DNA of 64,000 nt, from contig DAOMNQ010000004.1 in NCBI GenBank assembly GCA_035443945.1, positions 2,877 to 66,876 on the forward strand, given 5' to 3'. The position numbers and the translations under genes are program-made. The DNA comes from Phycisphaerales bacterium. Its GTDB lineage: Bacteria > Planctomycetota > Phycisphaerae > Phycisphaerales > UBA1924. Shown in pieces: positions 25,554 to 33,832 of the stretch; within the stretch, counting starts at the first letter, position 1; each line of letters starts with the position of its first letter. The notes under the pieces are model-generated. The model worked only from the letters and a program-made list of their open reading frames with translations, had not been told where the DNA came from and did not search any database.

Positions 25554-26837
25554 ATGAATGCTCGAAGGTCCGCGCTCGGCGCGGCGGTTGTCGGTGCGCT
25601 CGTGCAGGGCGCGATGGCCCAGTTCAGTTTCAACGCCGGTGTCGGCTACCCGGCCCCCGATCGCCCCGACGGCGTGGCCGCGGCCGACTTCAACGGCGAC
25701 GGGTTTGCCGATCTCGCCGTCGCCACCGAGAACCCGAACAAGGTGTCGTTTCTCTTCAACAACGGCAACGGCACGTTCGCCGCTCCGGTCAACGTGCTCA
25801 CCGGCGGGGGCACCGGGCCCGGCTTCGTGGCGGCGGGTGACATCGACGGCGACGGCGACCTCGACGTGGTGGTTGCCCTCAAGAACATCGGTGTCGTCCG
25901 CGTCTACGTCAACAACGCGGGCGCGTTCGCTGCCGGCAGCAGCACGACAGTGGGCGACGAGCCTCGATGGATCGCCACCGGCGACCTCGACGGCGACGGC
26001 GACCTCGACATGGTGGTCGTCAACCGGGGCTCCAACTCTGTGAGCGTGCTGCTCAACGACGGGACAGGCTCCTTCACCACGTCAACCGTGGCGGTCGGCG
26101 CGGACCCGCGATCCGCCGCCATCGGGGACTTCGACCGCGACGGACACCCGGACATCGCCGTCACGAACCACGACGACCGCACCATCAGCATCCTCGCGAA
26201 CAACGGCGCCGGCGGCTTCACACTCGCGGCCACGCTCTCCGTCGGCGCGCAACTCCGTCCCGACGGCCTCCTCGCGACCGACCTCACGGGCGATGGCCAC
26301 GCCGATCTCGCCGCCGCGACCTCGGGCAACGGCCTGAACTTCGCCAGCGTGTTCGTCAACACAGCCGGCGGCCTGACCGGCCCGACCAACTACGCCGTGG
26401 GCGGGGCCAACCCCATCTCCATCGCCGCGGGCGATTTCGACGGCGACGGCGACGCCGACCTGGTGACCGTCAACCAGGACTCCGCCAATGTTTCACTGCT
26501 CGCCAACAACGGCGCGGGCTCGTTCGGCGCGTTGATGCAACTCGCCGTCGGCGCGACGCCCCAGCACGTCGCCGTGCGAGACCTCACCGGCAACGGCACG
26601 CCGGACATCGCCGTCTCCAACCGTGACAGCAACTCCGTCACTGTCCTGCTGAACGCGGCTGCTCCGCCCTGTCCCGCGGACTTCAACGGCGACACGGTGG
26701 TCAACTCGCTGGACGTGCTCGCCTTCCTGAACGCCTACACGAGCGGCGACCCGTCGGCCGACATCAATGGCGACACGATCATCAACTCCCTCGACGTGCT
26801 CGCGTTCCTGAACCTGTACACCGCCGGCTGCGTGTGA
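25554..26837 (+). CDS. FG-GAP/VCBS repeat (7-bladed propeller-like) secreted protein with C-terminal GC-type dockerin tail
   Basis: AGGAGG lies 7 nt upstream of ATG 25554. Signal peptide MNARRSALGAAVVGALVQGAMAQ. Seven D-x-[DN/T]-G-D-G-x-x-D-[LIV] blades (DFNGDGFADLAV, DIDGDGDLDVVV, DLDGDGDLDMVV, DFDRDGHPDIAV, DLTGDGHADLAA, DFDGDGDADLVT, DLTGNGTPDIAV). Tail CPADFNGDTVVNSLDVLAFLNAYTSGDPSADINGDTIINSLDVLAFLNLYTAGCV. Confidence 0.8.
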   Translation: MNARRSALGAAVVGALVQGAMAQFSFNAGVGYPAPDRPDGVAAADFNGDGFADLAVATENPNKVSFLFNNGNGTFAAPVNVLTGGGTGPGFVAAGDIDGDGDLDVVVALKNIGVVRVYVNNAGAFAAGSSTTVGDEPRWIATGDLDGDGDLDMVVVNRGSNSVSVLLNDGTGSFTTSTVAVGADPRSAAIGDFDRDGHPDIAVTNHDDRTISILANNGAGGFTLAATLSVGAQLRPDGLLATDLTGDGHADLAAATSGNGLNFASVFVNTAGGLTGPTNYAVGGANPISIAAGDFDGDGDADLVTVNQDSANVSLLANNGAGSFGALMQLAVGATPQHVAVRDLTGNGTPDIAVSNRDSNSVTVLLNAAAPPCPADFNGDTVVNSLDVLAFLNAYTSGDPSADINGDTIINSLDVLAFLNLYTAGCV

Positions 26838-26951
26838 TCGCAACGCCGGACGCACCCTCCCCCGGCAGGTCGAAAGGCCGGCCGGGGCGTTTCCCGTCAC
26901 TCTCGGCCGGTCGCTCGCTCCCCCGGCGGGCGGCCGGCATTCCCCGCCGGA

Positions 26952-28115
26952 TCATCCTCCGCCAGACCGTCGGGACCGCCGCGCCTGCACGCCAGGGTCG
27001 GCGTTCACGATCCGCTCGACGACTTCGGGCGTCAACGGGTCTCCCGTGTCGAGCGGGTAGCCCTGCCAACGCACAACCCCGTCGCTGCTGATGACCAGCA
27101 CGTGCGGGATGCCCTCGACGCCGATCGCCTTCGACATCCGCTTCTGCGTGTCGATCGCCTGCGGGTAGTACATGTCGTTGGCGGCCATGAACTCGCGGAC
27201 CTTCTCCGCAGGCTCGTCGCTGACGCCGATAACGACCACGTCGTGACGGAACTTCGCCTGAATCTCGTTCAGTTCGGGGATCGCCTTCCTGCACGGGCCG
27301 CACCACGTCGCCCAGAAGTCGATGATGACCACCTTCTCCTTGGTGTCGGGCTGGTTGGTCAGCCACTCCTCGACGACGAAGTCCGGCGCGGGCTTTCCAC
27401 GGAAGTCCTGGCCGTACAACTTCTTCTCGACGGGCGCGGGCCAGCCGCCTTCGAGCGTCCGCGCCCCGGGCGCGTCGTACGGCTCGGAGAGCAGTGCGTT
27501 GACAATCTCCTCCAGTTTATTCCGGTCCGCGCCCGCGACCCTCATCACGCCGTTGCGGTCGATCACGAAGTAACTGGGGATGAACTTGACGTCCAGTTGC
27601 GCGGAGAGTTTCCGCTGCGGGTCCGCGGCGAACGCCCACGGGAGTTGCTCCTTCTGGACGAAGGCGTCCATCTGCTCCCAGCCGCGGGCGGAGTGAACGC
27701 CGAGGATGACCAGGCCTCGATCCTCGTACTTGGCGTGCATCTCACGGAGTTTGGGCAGCGCGGCCCGGCACGGCCCGCACCAGGTCGCCCAGTAGTCGAG
27801 GAGCACGACCTTGCCGCGCAGGTCGGCCCATGATCGAGCGTCGGTGTTGATCCAAGTGGTCAGGCCGTCGAGGGCGGAGGCGGGCCTGCCTTCGAGCGTG
27901 TCCCAGTGGCGGCGTGATGGCGCGTCGCTTCGATCACGCCACGCAGCGGGACCGGGATCGGGGGCGTTCGCCTGCTGCGCGGGCTGCTGACGCTGAGAGC
28001 CACCGGTCTGTGCGCTCGCCAGACCGACGGGAACGAGAACGACGGCCGCGAGAGCAGCCACAACCATGGATCGAATCTGCACGGCGATCCTCCTTCGAGC
28101 AGGGCCAACGTCCAC
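26952..28115 (-). CDS. secreted tandem thioredoxin-fold (TlpA/redoxin-like) thiol-disulfide oxidoreductase
   Basis: Two complete redoxin domains, each with WATWCGPC (VVLLDYWATWCGPCRAALPKL and VVIIDFWATWCGPCRKAIPEL). N-terminal signal-like segment. Start is GTG 28115 or ATG 28067. Confidence 0.8.
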   Translation of the reverse strand: MDVGPARRRIAVQIRSMVVAALAAVVLVPVGLASAQTGGSQRQQPAQQANAPDPGPAAWRDRSDAPSRRHWDTLEGRPASALDGLTTWINTDARSWADLRGKVVLLDYWATWCGPCRAALPKLREMHAKYEDRGLVILGVHSARGWEQMDAFVQKEQLPWAFAADPQRKLSAQLDVKFIPSYFVIDRNGVMRVAGADRNKLEEIVNALLSEPYDAPGARTLEGGWPAPVEKKLYGQDFRGKPAPDFVVEEWLTNQPDTKEKVVIIDFWATWCGPCRKAIPELNEIQAKFRHDVVVIGVSDEPAEKVREFMAANDMYYPQAIDTQKRMSKAIGVEGIPHVLVISSDGVVRWQGYPLDTGDPLTPEVVERIVNADPGVQARRSRRSGGG

Positions 28116-28145
28116 GATACCGACGATCCGTCGATCGGCGGTATC
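28116..28145. promoter_or_regulatory. 30-bp imperfect palindrome in the divergent promoter region (candidate operator)
   Basis: GATACCGACGATCCG|TCGATCGGCGGTATC: 12 of 15 positions are symmetric by hand. Further GGTATC copies occur at about 28166 and 28193. It lies between the redoxin gene and the P-type ATPase gene. Confidence 0.3.
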
Positions 28146-28208
28146 ATAGTCCGTAACTGAGATTTGGTATCAATCGACTTTGATGGCCGACAAGGTATCG
28201 TCCCTGCG

Positions 28209-30185
28209 ATGCCACCCGAGGCAACAGCCATCAAGGGCGTGGAAGGCGGCGTCTCTGCTCCGAGGGCTGCCGCGCCGACCTGGCCTTGGACGCCGCGCGT
28301 GGAACTGTGGGCGTCGATCGTGGCCGGGATGCTGCTGGGCGCGGCCGTGGGCGGTGAGCACCTCGCCGGCTTTGCGGATGCCGTGGTCCTGGCGTGGATG
28401 AGCCTCGCGATTGGAATGGTCTACGGCGTGCGGGCGGCGATGATCGCGCTCTCCGATCGGCGTGTGGACATCGACGTGCTCATGGTGCTCGGGGCGGGGC
28501 TGGCAGCGGGCATCGGCCACCCCGAGGAAGGGGCGCTGCTGCTCTTCCTGTTCGTGCTCGCCGGCGCGCTGGAAAAACTGGCCATGCAGCGCACTCGGCG
28601 TGAGATCGAGGCGCTTCACGCGCTCATGCCGACCGAAGCCCTCGTGTGGCGCGACGGCGCATGGCAGGCGTGCGAGCCGGAGGCACTCCGGGCGGGCGAT
28701 CGTGTTCGTGTACGGCCCGGCGACCGCGTGCCTGCCGACGCTCGCATCGTCGAGGGGTCGTCGGCTGTCGATGAATCGCTGCTCACCGGCGAGAGCGTGC
28801 CCCGCTCGGTCGGCGTGGGCGATGAGGTGTTCACCGGAACGATCAACGGCGAGGGCGTGCTGGTCGCCGAGGTTGAGCGACCGGTCTCCGAGTCGAGCCT
28901 GCGCCGCGTGCTGGAACTGGTCACCGTCGCCCGCGAGCAGCGCGAGCCGCTCCAGCGGGCGATCGATCGCATCGGACAGCCGTACACCCTCGGCGTCATC
29001 ACGTCGAGCCTTGCCGTTTTCGTGGTGTGGTGGCTCGGCTTCGGCGATGAGCCTGCCCGCGCCGCCTACGTCGCCATCACGCTGCTCATCGTGGCGTCGC
29101 CCTGCGCGCTCGTGATCTCGACGCCGACCGCCACGCTCGCGGCGATCGCACGCGGCGCGCGGGCAGGGGTGCTCTTCAAGGGAGGAGAGTCGATCGATCG
29201 GCTGAGCCGCACGGGTGCGGTCTGCTTCGACAAGACTGGTACACTGACGCGTGGGCGCCCCACGGTGACCGAGGTCATCACCCTCGACGGGTTGGACCAC
29301 GAGAGCGCCCTCGGATCAGCCGCGGCGCTCGAAGCGGACTCGACCCATCCGACGGCCGCGGCGATCGTGTCCGCGGCACAGGCAGAAGGCATCGCGCTCC
29401 CCCGTGTGGACGAGCCGAGGGCGGTCATCGGGCGCGGCATGACCGGGCAAGTCAACGGGCACGAAGCCCGCGTCGGAAGTCTCGCGCACATGGAGGGCCT
29501 GCTCTCGCCGGGCGACGCGGCGCACGTCCGTTCGATCCTCGACGAGGCGCGAACCGCGGGGATGCTCGGTGTGGTCGTGGCCGTGGGAAGCCGCGCGGCG
29601 GTCATCCTGCTGCGCGACGAGGTTCGGCCGGGCGCCAAGGGATTGGTCGATCGACTTCACGCGCTGGGCATCCGCCCTGTGCGGATGCTCACGGGCGACG
29701 ACCGGATCGTCGCTGAGCGAGTGGCCAACGAACTGGGCCTCGACCGATGGGACGCCTCGCTGCTGCCGGAGGACAAGGTGGCCGCGGTGGAGGAGATGAA
29801 GAGCGAAAGGCGAAGAGGGAAGAGCGAACAAGCCGTTGCGGTCATCGGGGACGGCGTGAACGACGCCCCCGCGCTCGCCGCCGCCGACGTATCGATCGCC
29901 ATCGGGTCGATCGGCTCGGACGCGGCGATGGAATCGGCGGACATCGTGCTCCTGGGCGAGGACCTCGAACGGGTGCCCTGGGCGATCCGCCTGGCGCAGC
30001 GCACGCGGGCGACCGTGAAGGCGAACATCGCGTTCGCGCTCTCCGTCATTGTGGTCATGGGCCTGGTCACGCTGATCGGTTCCCGAACCGGACTCCAGGT
30101 TCCCCTCTCGGTTGGCGTCCTCGCCCACGAGGGCGGCACCCTGCTCGTCGTCCTCAACTCGCTCAGGCTGCTCTGGTTCCGGTGA
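28209..30185 (+). CDS. heavy-metal P1B-type ATPase, P1B-4-like (SPC / HEGGT; Co/Zn-type), no N-terminal metal-binding domain
   Basis: TGES, IVASPCALVISTP (SPC in the TM metal site), DKTGTLT, STHPTA, GDGVNDAPALAAADVSIAIG and HEGGTLLVVLNSL in the last TM. The start is moved to ATG 28209 (the track uses TTG 28164). Confidence 0.85.
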   Translation: MPPEATAIKGVEGGVSAPRAAAPTWPWTPRVELWASIVAGMLLGAAVGGEHLAGFADAVVLAWMSLAIGMVYGVRAAMIALSDRRVDIDVLMVLGAGLAAGIGHPEEGALLLFLFVLAGALEKLAMQRTRREIEALHALMPTEALVWRDGAWQACEPEALRAGDRVRVRPGDRVPADARIVEGSSAVDESLLTGESVPRSVGVGDEVFTGTINGEGVLVAEVERPVSESSLRRVLELVTVAREQREPLQRAIDRIGQPYTLGVITSSLAVFVVWWLGFGDEPARAAYVAITLLIVASPCALVISTPTATLAAIARGARAGVLFKGGESIDRLSRTGAVCFDKTGTLTRGRPTVTEVITLDGLDHESALGSAAALEADSTHPTAAAIVSAAQAEGIALPRVDEPRAVIGRGMTGQVNGHEARVGSLAHMEGLLSPGDAAHVRSILDEARTAGMLGVVVAVGSRAAVILLRDEVRPGAKGLVDRLHALGIRPVRMLTGDDRIVAERVANELGLDRWDASLLPEDKVAAVEEMKSERRRGKSEQAVAVIGDGVNDAPALAAADVSIAIGSIGSDAAMESADIVLLGEDLERVPWAIRLAQRTRATVKANIAFALSVIVVMGLVTLIGSRTGLQVPLSVGVLAHEGGTLLVVLNSLRLLWFR

Positions 30186-30254
30186 GCGGTTGCGGAATCC
30201 TTCCGGCGGCGTCAGAATCGGCCCGCGGCATCGACCGCGACCGGAGGCGAACGG

Positions 30255-31358
30255 ATGAACGCAGCGTGGTTCGGCGGGCTGGACCTGGCCCGCCTCTCGT
30301 CGGCCAGGAGCCGGTCGATCTCAGCCGAGAACCCGACGGGGGCAAAGGGGGCGGGGGCGCAGACGTCCCCGGGCGACGATCCCCACTGCTCGGACGCCGG
30401 GCGCGACCTCGGTCGCGGCTGGAAGATCAGGCCCTGCATGCGAAACTTTGAGCCGGGACAGACGCTCACGCTCGCCGAGATCGAGGGGCCGGGAGTCATC
30501 CGGCACGTCTGGTGCACCGTGCTGCACGCCGTACACCGTTGGGTGCGGCTGCGGGTGTACTACGACGGGAGCGACCGGCCCTCCATTGATGTGCCGCTCG
30601 GCGACTTCTTCGCCAACGGCCTCGACGGCGCAGCGCTTGTCAACTCGCTGCCGGTCGCCGTCAACCCCAAGGGCGGGATGAACTGCTACTGGCCGATGCC
30701 CTTTCGCAAGAGCGTGCGCGTCGAGGTGACGAACGACGGGCGCGAACGCATCAGCGAGTTCTTCTACCAGATTGACTACACGCTCGAGGATGTTCCGGAC
30801 GACGCCGCGTGTCTGCACGCCTGCTGGCGCCGGAGCATGACGACGCGCGAGCGGCCCGAGCACGTGATCCTTGACGGCGTGCGCGGGCGCGGGCACTACG
30901 TCGGCACGTACCTCGTGTGGAACCAACTCTCGACCGGCTGGTGGGGCGAGGGCGAAGTCAAGTTCTTCATCGACGGCGACGCCGCTGACGGCCCGACCGT
31001 CTGCGGCACCGGCACGGAGGACTACTTCGGGGGCGCATGGGGGTTCGTGATGGACCACGCCGCGGACCTGCGCCCGACGACCTACTCGACGGCGTTCCTC
31101 GGCTACCCGCAGGCGGTGTACGAAGCGACGCCGCGCGTTGGGCCGCGCCCGCCCGCGCACGCCCTCTACCGCTGGCACGTCCCGGACCCGGTGCGGTTCG
31201 AGCGCGATCTTCGCGTGACGGTGCAGGCGCTGGGGTGGTGGCCGAGCGGACGGTACCAGCCGCTGACCGACGACATCGCTTCGACCGCGTTCTGGTATCA
31301 GTCCCCTGCGGCGGGCGTGCCGCCTCTGGCGGGGCTGGACGAGCGGCTGCCGCGGTGA
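30255..31358 (+). CDS. DUF2961 / glycoside hydrolase family 172-like protein
   Basis: ISAENPTGAKG, LAEIEGPGVIRHVW, RVYYDGSDRPSIDVPLGDFF, NCYWPMPFRKS, FYQIDY, GHYVG, WWGEGEVKFFIDGD and GTGTEDYFGGAWGF. This is the characteristic DUF2961 block order. Confidence 0.8.
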   Translation: MNAAWFGGLDLARLSSARSRSISAENPTGAKGAGAQTSPGDDPHCSDAGRDLGRGWKIRPCMRNFEPGQTLTLAEIEGPGVIRHVWCTVLHAVHRWVRLRVYYDGSDRPSIDVPLGDFFANGLDGAALVNSLPVAVNPKGGMNCYWPMPFRKSVRVEVTNDGRERISEFFYQIDYTLEDVPDDAACLHACWRRSMTTRERPEHVILDGVRGRGHYVGTYLVWNQLSTGWWGEGEVKFFIDGDAADGPTVCGTGTEDYFGGAWGFVMDHAADLRPTTYSTAFLGYPQAVYEATPRVGPRPPAHALYRWHVPDPVRFERDLRVTVQALGWWPSGRYQPLTDDIASTAFWYQSPAAGVPPLAGLDERLPR

Positions 31359-31471
31359 GGCGCGCCGGGACAAGCCCGACACTTTTTGTGATTTCGTGAG
31401 TGAGCGACGAGGCCGGCTCTCGTTTCTCCCTTGGCGGGTTCCATGCGAGCTCAGCCACAAGGAGAACGACC

Positions 31472-32011
31472 GTGAGGACGAACATCCGTGAGGCCTCGCT
31501 GGCGACTTCCGCGTGCATCGCCATGGCGTGTGCGGCGCACGCGCAACCGACGCTCTCAACCGAGCACGACGGCAATGACAAGTTCCCCGTCATAACCTGG
31601 ACCGTCGTTGTCCCCGTGGACGATCCGATCTCGAGCCTTCACATCAAGGGGCCGTACGCTGCGGAGATCATCAAGACCGTGGAGCCGAAGGGCTGGAAGT
31701 GGACGGGCAAGAACACGCCCGGCGACAGCGGGCAGTACGAGTGGCAGAGCGACAGCAACGTGTCGGGAACCTTCACTTTCTCGATCCAGATGGGGGCGCA
31801 CAGCCCCCTCGCGGACAAGTCGACGTTCGTGCAATACGACGTGCTGGACACGGACGACGAGGGCGAGACCTGGCGGTACTACTACGACTTCACCAAGCCC
31901 GCGGTCCCCGACAAGGGCAACTGGGCGTTCGTGCCCGTGCCGACTCCCGGATCGCTCACGCTCCTGGGCACGGCCGGGCTGGTGGCGGCGCGGCGCCGAC
32001 GCGGACGGTGA
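31472..32011 (+). CDS. PEP-CTERM sorting-domain protein
   Basis: GTG 31472 has AAGGAG 8 nt upstream. Signal peptide VRTNIREASLATSACIAMACAAHAQ. C-terminus VPVPTPGSLTLLGTAGLVAARRRRGR is the P-[ET]-P motif, a TM helix and an Arg cluster. I do not recognise the body. Confidence 0.7.
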   Translation: MRTNIREASLATSACIAMACAAHAQPTLSTEHDGNDKFPVITWTVVVPVDDPISSLHIKGPYAAEIIKTVEPKGWKWTGKNTPGDSGQYEWQSDSNVSGTFTFSIQMGAHSPLADKSTFVQYDVLDTDDEGETWRYYYDFTKPAVPDKGNWAFVPVPTPGSLTLLGTAGLVAARRRRGR

Positions 32012-32036
32012 CACGGACCTGCCGCCCGGCTCAAGG

Positions 32037-32068
32037 GCCGGGGTCTGCCGACACGCAGGCCCCGGCCG
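32037..32068 (+). terminator. strong GC hairpin after the PEP-CTERM gene
   Basis: GGCCGGGGTCTGC (32037-32049) pairs with GCAGGCCCCGGCC (32056-32068). That is 12 Watson-Crick pairs plus one G-U, with loop CGACAC. There is no obvious U-tract. Confidence 0.5.
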
Positions 32069-32086
32069 ACCCGTATGCTGTGCGCG

Positions 32087-32959
32087 ATGCATCGTGGACA
32101 GACGCTTCCCGCCTACGGCTTCATTGCCTTCCCGTTGGCCGCGCTGTTCCTGTTCACGCTGGCGCCGACCATCGCCGGGCTTGGGCTGAGCCTGTTCGCC
32201 TGGGACGGCGGGGGCGTGCCGCGGTTCGTCGGATTGAGCAACTTCGCGGACCTGTGGGCGGACGCGAAGTTCCGCCCCGCGATCCGGAACACGCTGCTCT
32301 TCGTCGCGTTGAGCGTGCCGCCGACCGTCGTCATCGGCTTCCTGCTCGCCATCGCCGTGCATGCGCGCTGGTTCGTCGGCAGGACGGCGGCGCGCACGGC
32401 GTTCTTCCTGCCCACGATCCTCTCTATCGTCGCGATCGGCTTCGTCTGGCGGTGGCTGCTCGACTCCGAGGCCGGGCTGGTGAACTGGGCCTTGCGCGGC
32501 TTCGGCGTGGAGCGGCCGCCGGACTGGCTGAACGACGGCTGGTGGCCGATGGCGTCGATCGTGCTGGTCTCGGTCTGGCGCGGCGTCGGCTTCTGCATGG
32601 TGCTTTATCTCGCCTCGCTGGGGTCCATCAGCCGGTCGCTCTACGAGGCCGCCGAGGTGGACGGCGCGAGCGGTTGGGCGGTCGTTCGTCACGTGACCTG
32701 GCCGCAGGTCGCGCCGACGACTGCGTTCCTGCTCATCACGGGCGTCATCGGCGCGTTGCAGGTCTTTGACATCGTGTTCGTCATGACCGGCCAGGTCGAG
32801 AGCGACCGCACCAACGTGCTGAACCTGTACGTCTACCGCCAGTTCAGTTACGGGCAACTCGGCTACGCCTCCGCCATCGGCGTCGTCATCTTCACCATCA
32901 CCCTCCTGGCGACGCTCGCGCAACTCGCGTGGTACGGCGTGCGAAAGAGGGGGGTGTAG
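32087..32959 (+). CDS. carbohydrate ABC transporter permease (MalF/UgpA-like)
   Basis: Six TM helices, LAPTIAGLGLSLFAWDG, and the EAA loop YEAAEVDGASGWAVVRHVTWPQVAP. Confidence 0.85.
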   Translation: MHRGQTLPAYGFIAFPLAALFLFTLAPTIAGLGLSLFAWDGGGVPRFVGLSNFADLWADAKFRPAIRNTLLFVALSVPPTVVIGFLLAIAVHARWFVGRTAARTAFFLPTILSIVAIGFVWRWLLDSEAGLVNWALRGFGVERPPDWLNDGWWPMASIVLVSVWRGVGFCMVLYLASLGSISRSLYEAAEVDGASGWAVVRHVTWPQVAPTTAFLLITGVIGALQVFDIVFVMTGQVESDRTNVLNLYVYRQFSYGQLGYASAIGVVIFTITLLATLAQLAWYGVRKRGV

Positions 32960-32960
32960 C

Positions 32961-33815
32961 GTGGGCGCGATCGGACGCCACCGCAGGCCGCCGCTGGCGA
33001 TCGTGCTGCTCGTGCACGCGTTGGTCTACGCGGGGGTGGCCATGATGGCGCTCCCGCTCCTCTGGATGGTCCTCACGTCGCTCAAGACCGAGGCCGAGGC
33101 CGGGACTTCGCCGACGTTCGCCACCCTGCTGCCCGATGCGCCGCAGTGGGCGAACTACGCCCGCGCCTTCGAGTCCGCGCGCCTCGAGCGGTACTACCTG
33201 AACTCGACGCTCGCCGCGGTGCTGACGACCGTGCTCGCCGTCGCCCACAACGCCCTGGCCGGGTACGCCTTTGCGAAACTCCGGTTCCGGGGCCGCCGCG
33301 TGCTGCTCGGCCTCGCGCTGGCGACCATGATGGCGCCCGTGCAGGTCTACTTCATCTTCATGTACCTGCTCTGCACCTGGCTGGGGTACGTGGACAGCGT
33401 GCAGGCTCTGGTGGTCCCTTTCCTCGCGTCCGGCTTCGGCATCTTCTACATGCGCCAGGCAACGCTCGCCGTCCCCGACTCCCTGCTCGAAGCCGGCCGG
33501 CTCGACGGCATGTCCGAGTTCGATCTCTTCTGGCACGTCGTGCGCCCCACAGTCTGGCCCGCCATGAGCGCCCTGGGCATCTTCACCTTCGTCTTCAGTT
33601 GGAACAACTTCTTCTGGCCGCTGATCGTCGTCGACTCGGAACGCGCGAAGACCCTCCCCCTCGCCCTTGCCGACCTCTCCGCCGGGCTGTACGTAGACTC
33701 ATGGCCGGTGCAGATGGCGGCGGCGACAATCATGGTCGTGCCGATGGTGGTCGTCTATCTCGTGCTGCAGCGGGCCTTTGTGCGTGGCGTCGCCTTGACC
33801 GGCATGAAGGAATAG
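32961..33815 (+). CDS. carbohydrate ABC transporter permease (MalG/UgpE-like)
   Basis: The GTG start is 2 nt after the previous stop. EAA loop LEAGRLDGMSEFDLFWHVVRPTVWPA, and WNNFFWPLIV. Confidence 0.85.
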   Translation: MGAIGRHRRPPLAIVLLVHALVYAGVAMMALPLLWMVLTSLKTEAEAGTSPTFATLLPDAPQWANYARAFESARLERYYLNSTLAAVLTTVLAVAHNALAGYAFAKLRFRGRRVLLGLALATMMAPVQVYFIFMYLLCTWLGYVDSVQALVVPFLASGFGIFYMRQATLAVPDSLLEAGRLDGMSEFDLFWHVVRPTVWPAMSALGIFTFVFSWNNFFWPLIVVDSERAKTLPLALADLSAGLYVDSWPVQMAAATIMVVPMVVVYLVLQRAFVRGVALTGMKE

Positions 33816-33832
33816 TCACCGAGGAGGCGGGC

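Noticed and set aside
33146-33832. Long N-terminal extensions suggested by the ORF track (33146 for the binding protein, 44903 for the POT transporter, 17126 for glnN, 57141 for uvrB, 318 for the MFS-like gene, 16576 for the S8 peptidase, 50594 for plsC)
   Set aside because: The extensions overlap neighbouring genes or the tRNA and translate to Arg/Pro-rich sequence. They are followed by an internal start with a Shine-Dalgarno motif and a signal peptide or the conserved N-terminus. I used the internal starts.
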